Assembly (NCBI GenBank): GCA_038316355.1
Contig: JBBQAO010000005.1
Span: 12,351 to 76,350 of the forward strand
DNA from: Burkholderiales bacterium
GTDB taxonomy: Bacteria > Pseudomonadota > Gammaproteobacteria > Burkholderiales > SG8-41
DNA: 64,000 nt
Reading direction: 5' to 3'
Shown: positions 35,110 through 45,340 of the stretch, one piece after another
Numbering within the stretch: position 1 is the first letter of the stretch
Layout: every line of letters begins with the position of its first letter
Notes under the pieces: model-generated
Database searches by the model: none
The model's input: only the letters and a program-made list of their open reading frames with translations
What the model was told of the DNA's origin: nothing
Program-made: the position numbers and the translations under genes

Positions 35110-37134
35110 ATGCCGATTTACGCGCTGACCATTTTTGCGAGCGCGTTCCTGCTGTTTCTGGTGCAACCGATCTTGGCGAAACAGATCCTGCCTTGGTTCG
35201 GCGGTTCCGCAGCGGTATGGACGACCTGCCTGATGTTTTTCCAACTGGTCTTGCTGCTGGGCTACGCCTACGCCGACTGGACCGTGCGTTTCCTCAAACC
35301 GCGCCCGCAGGTCATGCTGCATGTGGCATTGATCATCATCAGCCTGGTGTCGTTGCCGATCATCGCCGGCAGCGGCTGGAAACCTGACGGTGACGAAGAT
35401 CCGACCTGGCTGATCCTCGGCCTGCTGGCCGCAACCATCGGCCTGCCCTACTTCCTGCTGTCAACGACGGGGCCCTTGCTGCAGGCCTGGTTCGCGCGCA
35501 GTTTTCCCAATGCCAGCAACGTCTATCGCCTGTTCGCGCTGTCGAATGGCGCATCGCTGATTGCACTGGTGGCCTACCCGTTTGTCGTTGAACCGTACAT
35601 CACCACCCGTGAACAATCGATCGGCTGGAGCTTCGGCTACGCGTTGTTCGTCGCGCTGTGCGCCGGTTCGGCACTGTTCAGCCTGCGCGCTTCGCGCCAG
35701 ACCGCCAGACTGCAAACGGAAATACCAGCGGCGGAAGGACCAAAGCCGCGCGCCACCGATTACCTGTTGTGGATGACGCTCGCGGCGCTGGGCTCGTTCA
35801 TGCTGATCGCGGTCACCAACCACATCACCCACGACGTCGCCTCGGTGCCCTTCCTGTGGATACTGCCGCTGACGTTGTACCTGCTGTCCTTCGTGCTCTG
35901 TTTTGAGGGCCGCAACTGGTACCAGCGACAGATTTTCTTCGGGCCGCTGCTGGTGATCGTCGGCGCGATGGCCTGGGCCCTGCACACCAACGGCGGGGTG
36001 ATGGACATCAAGCAGGCGATCCCGCTGTTCGCCACCGGCCTGTTCGTGATGTGCATGTTTTTCCATGGTGAGCTCGCCGCACTGAAACCGGCGCCGCGCC
36101 ACCTCACCAGTTATTACCTGATGATTTCGCTGGGCGGCGCGATCGGCGGCCTGCTGGTGGGATTTGTTGCCCCCAAGCTGTTCAACACCTATTACGAATT
36201 CGGCCTCGGCCTGTTTTTCACCGCACTGATTGCCGCGTACCTGGCGCGCCGCACCCTCGTCATCGTGCCGGTGCTGGCGCTGGTTGCCGCAGGTTTCACC
36301 GCATGGCAGATACACACCTACATCAACATGCTGTCCAAGGACACGCGCGTCATGTCGCGCAATTTCTACGGCACGCTGCGGGTCAAGGATTTCGGTGACG
36401 AAAACAGCGATGGCACGCGCCGGCTGATGCACGGCGTGATCATGCACGGCGAGCAGTTTCTGGCGCCGGCGCGGCGCATGGAACCGACCACCTACTATGG
36501 CCAGACCTCGGGTGTGGGACGCATCATCGACATCAAGCGCGACAGCGCGAAGGAAATCCGCGTCGGCGTGGTCGGCCTCGGTGCCGGCACTCTCGCCATC
36601 TATGGCCGGCCGGGTGACGTTTACCGCTTTTATGAAATCAATCCCGAGGTCATCGAACTCGCCAAAACCGAATTCAGCTTTCTCGGTTCCAGCAGCGCGC
36701 AAATCGAGACCCTGCTCGGCGATGCGCGCCTGACCCTTGAGCGCGAACCGGCGCAACGCTACGACGTGCTGGCGATTGATGCCTTCTCCAGCGACTCAAT
36801 CCCCACCCACCTGATGACGTACCAGGCAATGGGCGTCTATCTGAAGAACATCAAGCCGGACGGCGTGATTGCCTTCCACGTCACCAACCGCTTCCTGCAC
36901 CTGGCGCCGGTGGTCAAGCGCATTGCAGACGAGCACGGCCTGCATACGGTGCTGGTCGCCGACGATCCCGAAAGCGGATCGGACCTGGCCAATACCGATT
37001 GGGTGCTGGTGTCACGCAGCAAGGCCGTCCTCGAAAACCCACGCATTACCGAATCAATCGAAGCGATCGGCGAAATCCCCGGCCTGCGGCTGTGGACGGA
37101 CAGTTTCAACAACCTGTTCAAGATCCTGAAATAA
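35110..37134 (+). CDS. Fused membrane (MFS-like) / spermidine-synthase-like methyltransferase-fold protein
   Basis: N-terminus MPIYALTIFASAFLLFLVQPILAKQILPWFGGSAAVWTTCLMFFQ with about 12 TM segments. C-terminus ..VGVVGLGAGTLAIYG..YDVLAIDAFSSDSIPTHL. Confidence 0.8.
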   Translation: MPIYALTIFASAFLLFLVQPILAKQILPWFGGSAAVWTTCLMFFQLVLLLGYAYADWTVRFLKPRPQVMLHVALIIISLVSLPIIAGSGWKPDGDEDPTWLILGLLAATIGLPYFLLSTTGPLLQAWFARSFPNASNVYRLFALSNGASLIALVAYPFVVEPYITTREQSIGWSFGYALFVALCAGSALFSLRASRQTARLQTEIPAAEGPKPRATDYLLWMTLAALGSFMLIAVTNHITHDVASVPFLWILPLTLYLLSFVLCFEGRNWYQRQIFFGPLLVIVGAMAWALHTNGGVMDIKQAIPLFATGLFVMCMFFHGELAALKPAPRHLTSYYLMISLGGAIGGLLVGFVAPKLFNTYYEFGLGLFFTALIAAYLARRTLVIVPVLALVAAGFTAWQIHTYINMLSKDTRVMSRNFYGTLRVKDFGDENSDGTRRLMHGVIMHGEQFLAPARRMEPTTYYGQTSGVGRIIDIKRDSAKEIRVGVVGLGAGTLAIYGRPGDVYRFYEINPEVIELAKTEFSFLGSSSAQIETLLGDARLTLEREPAQRYDVLAIDAFSSDSIPTHLMTYQAMGVYLKNIKPDGVIAFHVTNRFLHLAPVVKRIADEHGLHTVLVADDPESGSDLANTDWVLVSRSKAVLENPRITESIEAIGEIPGLRLWTDSFNNLFKILK

Positions 37135-37212
37135 GCGGTATGGGGCGCCCGGCGCCCGGCTGCGAAATGCCTGCCGCTTGAAAACCGGCGGGGTGGCACC
37201 CATCTGGAGACC

Positions 37213-38598
37213 ATGTCCATGCCTTTCAAGAACCTGTTCAGCATTTTTCGCGCGCCCTTGCTGCTGTTGCTGGGCGCACTGCTGCCGCTGGCAGCACCGG
37301 CGCAAACCGCGACCGAAGCACGCGGCCTGCCGACCCTGGCGCCGCTGGTCAATCAGGTCACACCGGCCGTGGTCAATGTATCGGTCATCACCCGCGCACC
37401 GGTCGAAGACAATCCGCTGTTCCGCGACCCTTTTTTCCGCCGCTTTTTCAACCTGCCGGACAAGCAGCAGCGTCAGGAGCAGTCCGCCGGTTCGGGCGTC
37501 ATCGTTGATGCGGCGCGTGGCTACATCCTCACCAACAACCACGTCATCAAGGATGCGGAACAGGTCATCATCACGCTGAAGGACCGCCGCCAGTTCCCGG
37601 CAAAACTGGTGGGCACCGATCCCGGCACCGACATCGCGGTATTGCAGATCAGCGCGCCCAACCTTTCGGCATTGCGCATCGGCGACTCCGACATCCTGCA
37701 GGTCGGGGATTACGTGCTGGCCATCGGCAACCCCTTCGGCATCGGCCAGACTGTGACCTCGGGCATCGTCAGCGCGCTGGGACGCAGCGGGCTGTCGGTC
37801 GAGGGTTATGAGGATTTCATCCAGACCGATGCCTCGATCAATCCCGGCAACTCGGGTGGCGCGCTGGTCAACCTGCGCGGCGAACTGATCGGCATCAACA
37901 CCGCGATCATCGGCCCCGCCGGCGGCAATGTCGGCATCGGCTTCGCCGTGCCCTCGGTGATGGCGCGCGCGGTGATGGAGCAGATCGTGCGTTACGGTGA
38001 AGTGCGGCGCGGCCGCCTCGGCATCGAAATGGCGGATGTCACTGCAGAGGTGCAACGCAAGTTGCGCCTGCCGTCATTTAATGGTGCGCTGATCTCCAAT
38101 GTGCAGTCGGGCTCGCCGGCCGAACAGGCCGGCCTGCGTGAAGGCGATGTCGTCACCAACCTCAACGGCAGGCCGATTCGCAGTTCCGCCGAACTGCGCG
38201 CGCGGCTCGGACTGACGCCCGTCGGCGAGGAAATCGAAATCGCCATCGTCCGTGAAGGCGGCTCCCAGCGCATCCGCACACGCATCGCTGCGCCGCTGCC
38301 TTCTGACGGTGGTGAAACACAGACCGTGGCGCAGTTGCCGGGGCTGCGGGTGGTCGAGATTGAGCGCGGCAGCCCGCTGTTCCAGCGCCTGCGTGGCGGC
38401 GGTCTGGTCGTCGCCGCGGTGGATCCGAAAAGCCGCGCACTGCAGGCAGGCTTCCGCCCCGGTGACATCATTTACGCGGTGAACCGGCGCCGGGTGCAGA
38501 CCGTGGCCGAATTCCAAGGGCTGCTGAAAGCTGCGGAACGCGGTTATGCAGTCAGTCTGCTGCGTGGCGATTTCAGCCTGACCATCATCGTCCGATAG
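37213..38598 (+). CDS. DegQ/DegP (Do-family) periplasmic serine endoprotease with two PDZ domains
   Basis: Signal peptide, then TNNHV (His), ..DIAVLQ (Asp) and GNSGGAL (Ser), followed by two PDZ-like segments. Confidence 0.9.
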   Translation: MSMPFKNLFSIFRAPLLLLLGALLPLAAPAQTATEARGLPTLAPLVNQVTPAVVNVSVITRAPVEDNPLFRDPFFRRFFNLPDKQQRQEQSAGSGVIVDAARGYILTNNHVIKDAEQVIITLKDRRQFPAKLVGTDPGTDIAVLQISAPNLSALRIGDSDILQVGDYVLAIGNPFGIGQTVTSGIVSALGRSGLSVEGYEDFIQTDASINPGNSGGALVNLRGELIGINTAIIGPAGGNVGIGFAVPSVMARAVMEQIVRYGEVRRGRLGIEMADVTAEVQRKLRLPSFNGALISNVQSGSPAEQAGLREGDVVTNLNGRPIRSSAELRARLGLTPVGEEIEIAIVREGGSQRIRTRIAAPLPSDGGETQTVAQLPGLRVVEIERGSPLFQRLRGGGLVVAAVDPKSRALQAGFRPGDIIYAVNRRRVQTVAEFQGLLKAAERGYAVSLLRGDFSLTIIVR

Positions 38599-38712
38599 CG
38601 CGACAGCAATCGGCTCTGTTCGATCTTTCTGTCAATGGTCAATAAACAAACCTGAGGAGCCATCCCAAAACTTGGTTTAATCTGATTTGAACAGATCCAT
38701 CCAGGAGTGAAA

Positions 38713-39621
38713 ATGACTTCCGCAAAAATCGTCGGCAATTTGTCTTTGACCAGCTTGCGCGTATTCATCGCCGTGGTCGAAGAAAAGAGCCTCACGGCCG
38801 CAGCCGCGAGAGAGCACTTGGTATTGCCCGCCGTAAGCAAACGGGTGAAAGAACTGGAGCGCGAGCTTGGGGTTCAGCTGCTATATCGGTCCACACGTGG
38901 GGTTACGCTTACTCAAGCCGGACAAGCTTTACTAGTTCATGCACGACAGATCATGGGCTCCTTAGCCGGTTTGAGAGGTGAGCTTGCAGAATACTCCCAA
39001 GGCATTACCGGATTCGTCCGCATATACGTAACCACTGCGTCTGTCACTCAGTTCCTGCCGGAGGAAATCTCCTCCTTTGTAAAGCACCATCCTTTAATTA
39101 AAATCGAACTCAGGGATGGCTCCAGCAATGCGATCGTTCGCTCTGTTCTGGATGGCACTTCCGATATCGGCATTATTGATTCCCGAACTGCAATCCACGG
39201 CCTCTTATCCGTGCCCTATCGAAAACATCGCTTGGTATTGATAGCCGCTGAAAAACATCCGATCGCCAAGTCAAGAAACGTGGATCTCGAGAAAATAGCC
39301 AAATACGACCTCATCGGAACACCTTCAAACAGTTCCTTGCATGCGCTCATCACCAGAATAGCTGCCGAACAGGGTGTAAGTCTCAAGCTAAGAATGCAAC
39401 TGCGCGGACTTGACGGTATTTGCCGGATGATAAAAGCCGGATTGGGCTTGAGCATACTGCCAGAACCCGCCGTTCTGGATAACGTTAAATCCATGAAACT
39501 CAAGGCTTTACGCATCGACGGGGAATGGACGGATCGAGAATCAATCATTTGTTTTAGATCTCAAAATGATCTGCCTGTTGCAGCCAAACTTCTCCTCAGA
39601 CATCTTGCGTCCCAGAATTAA
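38713..39621 (+). CDS. LysR-family transcriptional regulator (lower-GC insert)
   Basis: HTH ..SLRVFIAVVEEKSLTAAAAREHLVLPAVSKRVKELERELGVQLLYRSTRGVTLT. An AGGAG SD lies 7 nt before ATG 38713. Confidence 0.9.
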   Translation: MTSAKIVGNLSLTSLRVFIAVVEEKSLTAAAAREHLVLPAVSKRVKELERELGVQLLYRSTRGVTLTQAGQALLVHARQIMGSLAGLRGELAEYSQGITGFVRIYVTTASVTQFLPEEISSFVKHHPLIKIELRDGSSNAIVRSVLDGTSDIGIIDSRTAIHGLLSVPYRKHRLVLIAAEKHPIAKSRNVDLEKIAKYDLIGTPSNSSLHALITRIAAEQGVSLKLRMQLRGLDGICRMIKAGLGLSILPEPAVLDNVKSMKLKALRIDGEWTDRESIICFRSQNDLPVAAKLLLRHLASQN

Positions 39622-39791
39622 TCCGCCCACCAGCATGGCAAGTCGCCCCCCCAGATACGCCATTTCCTCCTGCGTTTTTTCGTTAAGTATTAATTGACGA
39701 AACAGCAATACCCCCCCCGCACCTTATCTATAAGCTTTGGCTGAATCGGGTTGTTCATCAGAGCAAAACACTATTCGGAGGGGGGTTCATC

Positions 39792-40772
39792 ATGAACGTT
39801 GTTTGCATTTTTTTCACAGCTGCAATCAGCTTGATCCTGGGCAGCGTGAACGTTGCATTCGCTCAAGAACAATATCCGAATAGGCCAATAACAATTCTTG
39901 TGCCAAGCGCAGCGGGCGGCGGACAGGATGTGGTCATACGCCTGATTGCGCCCGCACTATCTCAAGCTTTGGGGCAAAACATCATCGTCGAGAACAGGCC
40001 CGGGGCCAGCGGAATCATTGCTTCTACCGCCGTAGTAAAAGCAAAAACGGACGGACATACGATGATGGTAACTTCAGCGACTCAAGGGGCGCTTAACAAG
40101 CATTTTCAGAAACCACCATATGATCCTGACAAGGACTTGGTTGCTGTCGCAGCCTTGGCTGCCGGACCCAATGTATTAGTTATAAGTACTGCGCAGCCGT
40201 TCAAAAGCGTTCAGGATCTCGTCGTACATGCGAGAAACAACCCCAACAAGCTGACGTTCGCCTCCAACGGGCAGGGTAGCGGACAACACATGGTTGGAGA
40301 GTTGTTTAACTATCTCGCAGGAACCCAAATCACTCATGTTCCCTTCAAAGGCTCCGGGGAGTATCTGTCGCAAATCATCGGAAACAATGTCACCATGGGT
40401 TTTGCCAGCACCTTGTCCACGATTCCTCTCATCTCAGCCGGGAAACTCCGGGCACTTGGTGTCACCACCAAGACCAGAGTTGAGTCTCTTCCCGACATCC
40501 CGGCCATCTCTGAATACAAACCGATGTCGGAATTCAGGTATGTCAACTGGGTAGGGCTGTTCACAACGGCCGGGACCCCTTCTGGCAGCATCGCCCTGGT
40601 CAACAAAGCAGTCGCAAAAACCCTGCAAGATCCGGTCCTGGCGAATGCCTTGAGAGCGCGCGGGAACGACCCGGTGATCATGAGTGCCACGGAGGTTCAA
40701 GAATACGTCCGGTCGGAAGCGGCTCGAATCACGAAGTTAGCGATAGAGCGCAACATACAGATTGGCCAATGA
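39792..40772 (+). CDS. Bug-family (TctC-like) substrate-binding protein (lower-GC insert)
   Basis: Signal peptide followed by QEQYPNRPITILVPSAAGGGQDVV and VPFKGSGE. GGAGGGGGG SD. Confidence 0.9.
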   Translation: MNVVCIFFTAAISLILGSVNVAFAQEQYPNRPITILVPSAAGGGQDVVIRLIAPALSQALGQNIIVENRPGASGIIASTAVVKAKTDGHTMMVTSATQGALNKHFQKPPYDPDKDLVAVAALAAGPNVLVISTAQPFKSVQDLVVHARNNPNKLTFASNGQGSGQHMVGELFNYLAGTQITHVPFKGSGEYLSQIIGNNVTMGFASTLSTIPLISAGKLRALGVTTKTRVESLPDIPAISEYKPMSEFRYVNWVGLFTTAGTPSGSIALVNKAVAKTLQDPVLANALRARGNDPVIMSATEVQEYVRSEAARITKLAIERNIQIGQ

Positions 40773-40801
40773 CCTGTTCCCCCTCCCCTCAGGGTCGATA
40801 A

Positions 40802-41881
40802 ATGTGGAAATCCATGAACACTTTCAACACTAAACTTTCGGTTGAGGGCGAGAATTTTTGTATCAACGGACGTCGCACCCATCAGAACCGCCTATATCAC
40901 GGGAAATCGATCGAAGGATTGCTGTTCTGCGTTCGTGCTGTACAGGCGACTTTTGATGATGAGAATTGGCCTGGGGTCGAAAGGTACGATGCAGGTATCG
41001 GCCCGCGCAGCTTTGTCTATCCCGATACCGGCCAATGGGATGCCGAAAGAAATATCGAGGAATTTTGCGCCGCCCTTCCCTCATGGAAAGATCACGGTAT
41101 TTCCGCTGTTTCTCTGTGCTTCGAGGGCGGACGGCCCATGCAGAACGTATGGAAAACTCGCTGCGACCCCCAACCTTGGCTGAATACCGCATTTAATTCA
41201 GATGGCAGTCTCAAGCCGAAGCACGCCAGACGCATGGAAAAATGTGTGGCGGAGCTCGATCGGCTGGGCATGGTGGCCATCGTGGGATTATTTTATTTTG
41301 GTCAGACAAGCCGCCTCGAAAACGAGGATGCCGTTCTCAGGGCGGTTAGGGAAGGCGCCGAATTTGTTTCCGGATTAAACCGGAAAAATGTGATTCTGGA
41401 AATCGCAAACGAAGTCGCACTGGATTGGCAGTCCTATCACTACCTTCAATTCAGAAACCTGGCGCTTGAGAAAATTCATCATCTAATCCGCTTCGCACAG
41501 GATATTTGTGAACGAAAAATCCCGGTTTCAGCCAGCCTTCTAGCATCGCAGGTGCCAACCCCGGAACTTGTTCGCACCGCAGACCTGGTTATCCCGCACG
41601 GCAATGATCTTGGGGCGTCTGGACACATCCGAAAGATCGAATATATCCGGAACATGCCGGCTTACAGGGAAAACCCCAAGCCGATCCTGTTCAATGAAGC
41701 CTCGGCGGATCTGACTGACTTCCAGGCCGCACTTGAATCACATGTATCTTGGGGTTACTACGATCATGGAACCAATGATTACACCAACGGCTTTCAAGCA
41801 CCACCAGTAAATTGGTCCATTAACACTCATCAAAAACGGGCTTTTTTTGAGCGTGTCAGGGATATTACGTGTAGTGGTTAG
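40802..41881 (+). CDS. Cytoplasmic TIM-barrel glycoside-hydrolase-like protein (clan GH-A/GH5-like pattern)
   Basis: No signal peptide. ..LSVEGENFCINGRRT.. resembles the first strand. VILEIANE resembles the acid/base NE motif. PILFNEAS resembles the nucleophile Glu. This is pattern-based only. Confidence 0.45.
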   Translation: MWKSMNTFNTKLSVEGENFCINGRRTHQNRLYHGKSIEGLLFCVRAVQATFDDENWPGVERYDAGIGPRSFVYPDTGQWDAERNIEEFCAALPSWKDHGISAVSLCFEGGRPMQNVWKTRCDPQPWLNTAFNSDGSLKPKHARRMEKCVAELDRLGMVAIVGLFYFGQTSRLENEDAVLRAVREGAEFVSGLNRKNVILEIANEVALDWQSYHYLQFRNLALEKIHHLIRFAQDICERKIPVSASLLASQVPTPELVRTADLVIPHGNDLGASGHIRKIEYIRNMPAYRENPKPILFNEASADLTDFQAALESHVSWGYYDHGTNDYTNGFQAPPVNWSINTHQKRAFFERVRDITCSG

Positions 41882-41931
41882 GGAGACTCGTTTTCCGTTG
41901 CTTGAACCCGATGTGGCTTCTCCAGGGTAAT

Positions 41932-43062
41932 TCATGCGCCGCGACGCACCAGCCAGCCGCCGATACCGAGCAACACGGAATTGGCATACCACACCGGCGC
42001 ATAGCCAAACGCAGTGCCGATGCTGCCGAACAACAGCGGAATTACCAGATGGGTGACATTGTTGACGGTGACCCGCAATCCCGCCGCTTCCGATGCGCGG
42101 CCTGTCGGTGCCAGTGAATAAATCAGCGACATCGACATCGGCTGGCCGCAGCCGACACCGAGCCCGAGCAGGAACGATACCGCGCACAAGGCGTACGGGT
42201 TGTCGAAAAAGGGAAACAGGATGAAGGCGAAGGCGGCGAAAAAAATCGCATAGACGAGGATTTTCGCCTCGCTGGAGTGTTTGAGCAGCCAGGGGAGTGC
42301 TGCACGGATCACGAAGGTCGCCAGCGCAAAAACCCCGAGGATGATGCCGATCGCGGATGCTGACAGGCCGATGCCGTGCCCGTACACCGGCAGGTAGAAA
42401 TTGAACAGGTCCCAGGCTGCGGAAATGAAACCGCTGGCAATGAAGGTATTACGCAATCGCGGCGCGCGCCACAGCTCCATCACGCCGCCGGTTGCAGCGG
42501 CACCGGGCAGCTTGGCTGCGCCCGGCAGGAAGCCCGGGCGCAGCCACAACATCAGCATCGGGATCACGGTAAACGCGGCGAGGATCATGAACGCCTCGAC
42601 ATGGCCGAGGTAGTCGATAGCAAAGCCGCTGATCAGCGGCCCGATGAACCCCGCCCCCGAAAAAGCCAGACTGACCAGCGCGTAGTTACGTGATCGATGC
42701 TGGGTGCCGCCGATGCCGCCGGCAATGCCGGTGACGGTGACAAAAAAGAAATGGAATGACGAACCCATCAGGAAAGCCGCGACATAAAGCGTCGCCAGCG
42801 CCGGCCACAGCGCCGTCAGCAACAACGCAACGCCCAGTCCGACAGTGCCCAGCAGCATCGGCAGACGCGGCCCGACGCGATCAGCCAGCCGCCCGATGGC
42901 GATCGCGAACAGCATCGGACACACCGCGTAGAGCGCCATCAGGAAACCGACCTGCATTTGTGTTGCGCCGGATTCCAGCGCAAACAGCGACACCACCACG
43001 CGGCTGCCACCGAAGGCAATGTGGTTGAGTACGATCAGGATCAGCGTGAGATATATGGCCAT
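41932..43062 (-). CDS. MFS transporter
   Basis: 376 aa, about 12 TM segments, with the GRLADRVGPR loop motif. Confidence 0.85.
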   Translation of the reverse strand: MAIYLTLILIVLNHIAFGGSRVVVSLFALESGATQMQVGFLMALYAVCPMLFAIAIGRLADRVGPRLPMLLGTVGLGVALLLTALWPALATLYVAAFLMGSSFHFFFVTVTGIAGGIGGTQHRSRNYALVSLAFSGAGFIGPLISGFAIDYLGHVEAFMILAAFTVIPMLMLWLRPGFLPGAAKLPGAAATGGVMELWRAPRLRNTFIASGFISAAWDLFNFYLPVYGHGIGLSASAIGIILGVFALATFVIRAALPWLLKHSSEAKILVYAIFFAAFAFILFPFFDNPYALCAVSFLLGLGVGCGQPMSMSLIYSLAPTGRASEAAGLRVTVNNVTHLVIPLLFGSIGTAFGYAPVWYANSVLLGIGGWLVRRGA

Positions 43063-43215
43063 CGGCGCGCGGTTTCAGTGCCTTGATTTTATCAGCGCAG
43101 CCATCGATGACCGGCAATGATTCCATACTGTAGAGAACAATTCCACAGATTTACCCTGCAGGGAATTTTGCCGGTAATCGGCAACCAGCAGAACCTTCCG
43201 TATCGTGGCCCGCCC

Positions 43216-44256
43216 TCAGACTTCCAGCAGGTGCACCGCGAACAGCCGTTCGGCATCGACCCAGACCTGCGCCGGCCGGAAACCTGCCGCCTGCGCCAGG
43301 CGCTGGAATTCATTGACCGAATATTTGCAGGAATTTTCGGTGTGCATGCGTTCGCCGGCACCGAACACAAACGTGCGCCCGCTGACGGTGACCGTCTGCT
43401 CACGCAGGCTCTCGAGATGCATTTCGATGCGCCCGGCCACGGTGTTGTAAAACGCGACGTGGCGAAACTGGTCGAGGTCAAAGTCTGCGGCCAGTTCGCT
43501 GTTGATCCGGCGCAGCAGGTTCAGATTGAACTCGGCGGTAACGCCCTGCGCATCGTTATAGGCGGCATGCAGCACATCGGGATCTTTTTTCAGGTCGACG
43601 CCGATCAGCATCGCCCCTTGCGCGCCAGCCAGTTCGCGCGCGCGGACCAGGAACTCCTGCGCCTCTGCCGGTGTCAGGTTACCGATGGTTGAGCCGGGAA
43701 AATAAATCACCCGGCGCGACGCCTTGATGCGGTCGAGTTCCGGCACGCGCAGCGGCTGCATGTAATCGGCGCAGACAGCGACGATCGGCAATTGCGGAAA
43801 ACCCGCCGCCAGCCGTGCTGTCGAAGCCTGCAGCGCATCGGCGGCGATATCGACGGGCACATAAGCTGCGGGACGCAGCGTGCGCAACAACACCTCGGTC
43901 TTGACGCTGGCGCCACTGCCGAATTCGATCAGCAGGCCACCCTCGCCCAACTGCGCAGCCATGTCCGCCGCGCAATCGTGCATCAGCGCGAGTTCGGTGC
44001 GGGTCGGATAGTATTCGGGCAATTCGCAGATCGCCTCGAACAACGCGCAGCCACGGGCATCATAGAAATATTTGGGTGACAGCGCCTTGGGCGAAGCACC
44101 AAGCCCGGCAATCACGTCGTCAAGGAAACGACCGACGGCAGGCTGCAGATCGACAAAAGAGATATGGGGCGAAACCGGGGGTGAAGATGGGGACACGGGT
44201 GAGGACGCAGATGAGGACAAAGGCGGGGACGAAGGGGGCGGTGCGGCGGATTTCAT
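43216..44256 (-). CDS. egtD: L-histidine N(alpha)-methyltransferase (EgtD-like)
   Basis: ..LSPKYFYDARGCALFEAICELPEYYPTRTELALM..LIEFGSGASVKT..YFPGSTIGNLTP.. matches the EgtD signature as I recall it. The N-terminal ~35 aa are Ser/Pro low-complexity, and the start is uncertain. Confidence 0.8.
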   Translation of the reverse strand: MKSAAPPPSSPPLSSSASSPVSPSSPPVSPHISFVDLQPAVGRFLDDVIAGLGASPKALSPKYFYDARGCALFEAICELPEYYPTRTELALMHDCAADMAAQLGEGGLLIEFGSGASVKTEVLLRTLRPAAYVPVDIAADALQASTARLAAGFPQLPIVAVCADYMQPLRVPELDRIKASRRVIYFPGSTIGNLTPAEAQEFLVRARELAGAQGAMLIGVDLKKDPDVLHAAYNDAQGVTAEFNLNLLRRINSELAADFDLDQFRHVAFYNTVAGRIEMHLESLREQTVTVSGRTFVFGAGERMHTENSCKYSVNEFQRLAQAAGFRPAQVWVDAERLFAVHLLEV

Positions 44257-44310
44257 GTGCGATCCTGCGTGGTCATTGCCGACGCGGCACCGCGGCTGGG
44301 CACCCGGAAT

Positions 44311-45180
44311 TCAGCCCGGGGGGTCCGCAGCGCTGCGGGTTTCCATCCACCGCTTGAGACGATTGGCATCGCCGATGCGGGTCAGTTTGCCCCAGGAATC
44401 CAGCAGCACGATGATCACCGGTTTGCCGGCAATTTTGGCCTGCATCACCAGACAACGCCCGGCCTCGGAAATATAACCGGTCTTGGACAGGCCGATCTGC
44501 CATTCATGGCTCTTCACCAGCCGGTTCGAATTGTTGTAGTTCATCGTGCGACCGTTGGCCATCTGCACGGTGGTACCGGTGTCGGTGGTGAATTCCCGGA
44601 TCAGCGGGTAGTGGTAGGCCGCAGCCACCATCCTGGTCAGATCCTGCGCAGTGGATACGTTGTCGCTGGACAATCCGGTGCCATCGACAAACCGCGTGCG
44701 CCACATGCCGAGCTCCACCGCCTTCTGGTTCATCGCCGCAACGAAGGCCTTGGTGCCGCCAGGGTAAACCCGCGACAGCGCCTCTGCGGCGCGGTTTTCG
44801 GAAGCCATCAACGCCAGGTGCAGCAAATCTCGGCGGGTCAGCACGGTACCGATGCCCAGCCGCGAACGCGTACCCTTCAGCAGATCCTTGTCGTCTTCAC
44901 TGATGACGATCTGTTCGGTCAGCGGCAGCCCGGCGTCGATGACCACCATTGCCGTCATCAGCTTGGTAATGGAGGCAATCGGCACCACGTGGTCGACGTT
45001 TTTGGCAAACAGCGTGCGTCCGGACTGGTCGATGACGAGTGCGGCGGACGACTTGAGTTCCGGTGCGCCGTCACGACCGGCAACAGCGGATTTAAGCTTG
45101 CGGCTGGTCCGTTCCTGCGGCTCACTGAGCGCAGGAGACGCAACCAGAATGGCGATCAGGATCACGATCAACCGGCGCAT
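44311..45180 (-). CDS. pbpG: D-alanyl-D-alanine endopeptidase (PBP7/PbpG-type S11 serine peptidase)
   Basis: Signal peptide, with SITK (SxxK), SEN (SxN) and KTG motifs in the canonical order. Confidence 0.85.
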   Translation of the reverse strand: MRRLIVILIAILVASPALSEPQERTSRKLKSAVAGRDGAPELKSSAALVIDQSGRTLFAKNVDHVVPIASITKLMTAMVVIDAGLPLTEQIVISEDDKDLLKGTRSRLGIGTVLTRRDLLHLALMASENRAAEALSRVYPGGTKAFVAAMNQKAVELGMWRTRFVDGTGLSSDNVSTAQDLTRMVAAAYHYPLIREFTTDTGTTVQMANGRTMNYNNSNRLVKSHEWQIGLSKTGYISEAGRCLVMQAKIAGKPVIIVLLDSWGKLTRIGDANRLKRWMETRSAADPPG

Positions 45181-45304
45181 CGGCTTGCTTCCCCCTTGAA
45201 ATATTTCCTGAATTCCCTTGTAAAATACAGCCTTAGCACGGTTTTTTCAAGTTTGATTACCGTGTGCGGCACTTGGAACATGGCGGGAACCCGCCATGGC
45301 AGGC

Positions 45305-45340
45305 AAAAAAAACTCCGCTCAGACAATTGTCCAAGCGGAG
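45305..45340 (-). terminator. Strong orphan Rho-independent terminator (minus strand)
   Basis: On the minus strand, CTCCGCTTGGACAATTGTCTGAGCGGAG is followed by T8. There is no annotated minus-strand CDS upstream of it. Confidence 0.75.
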
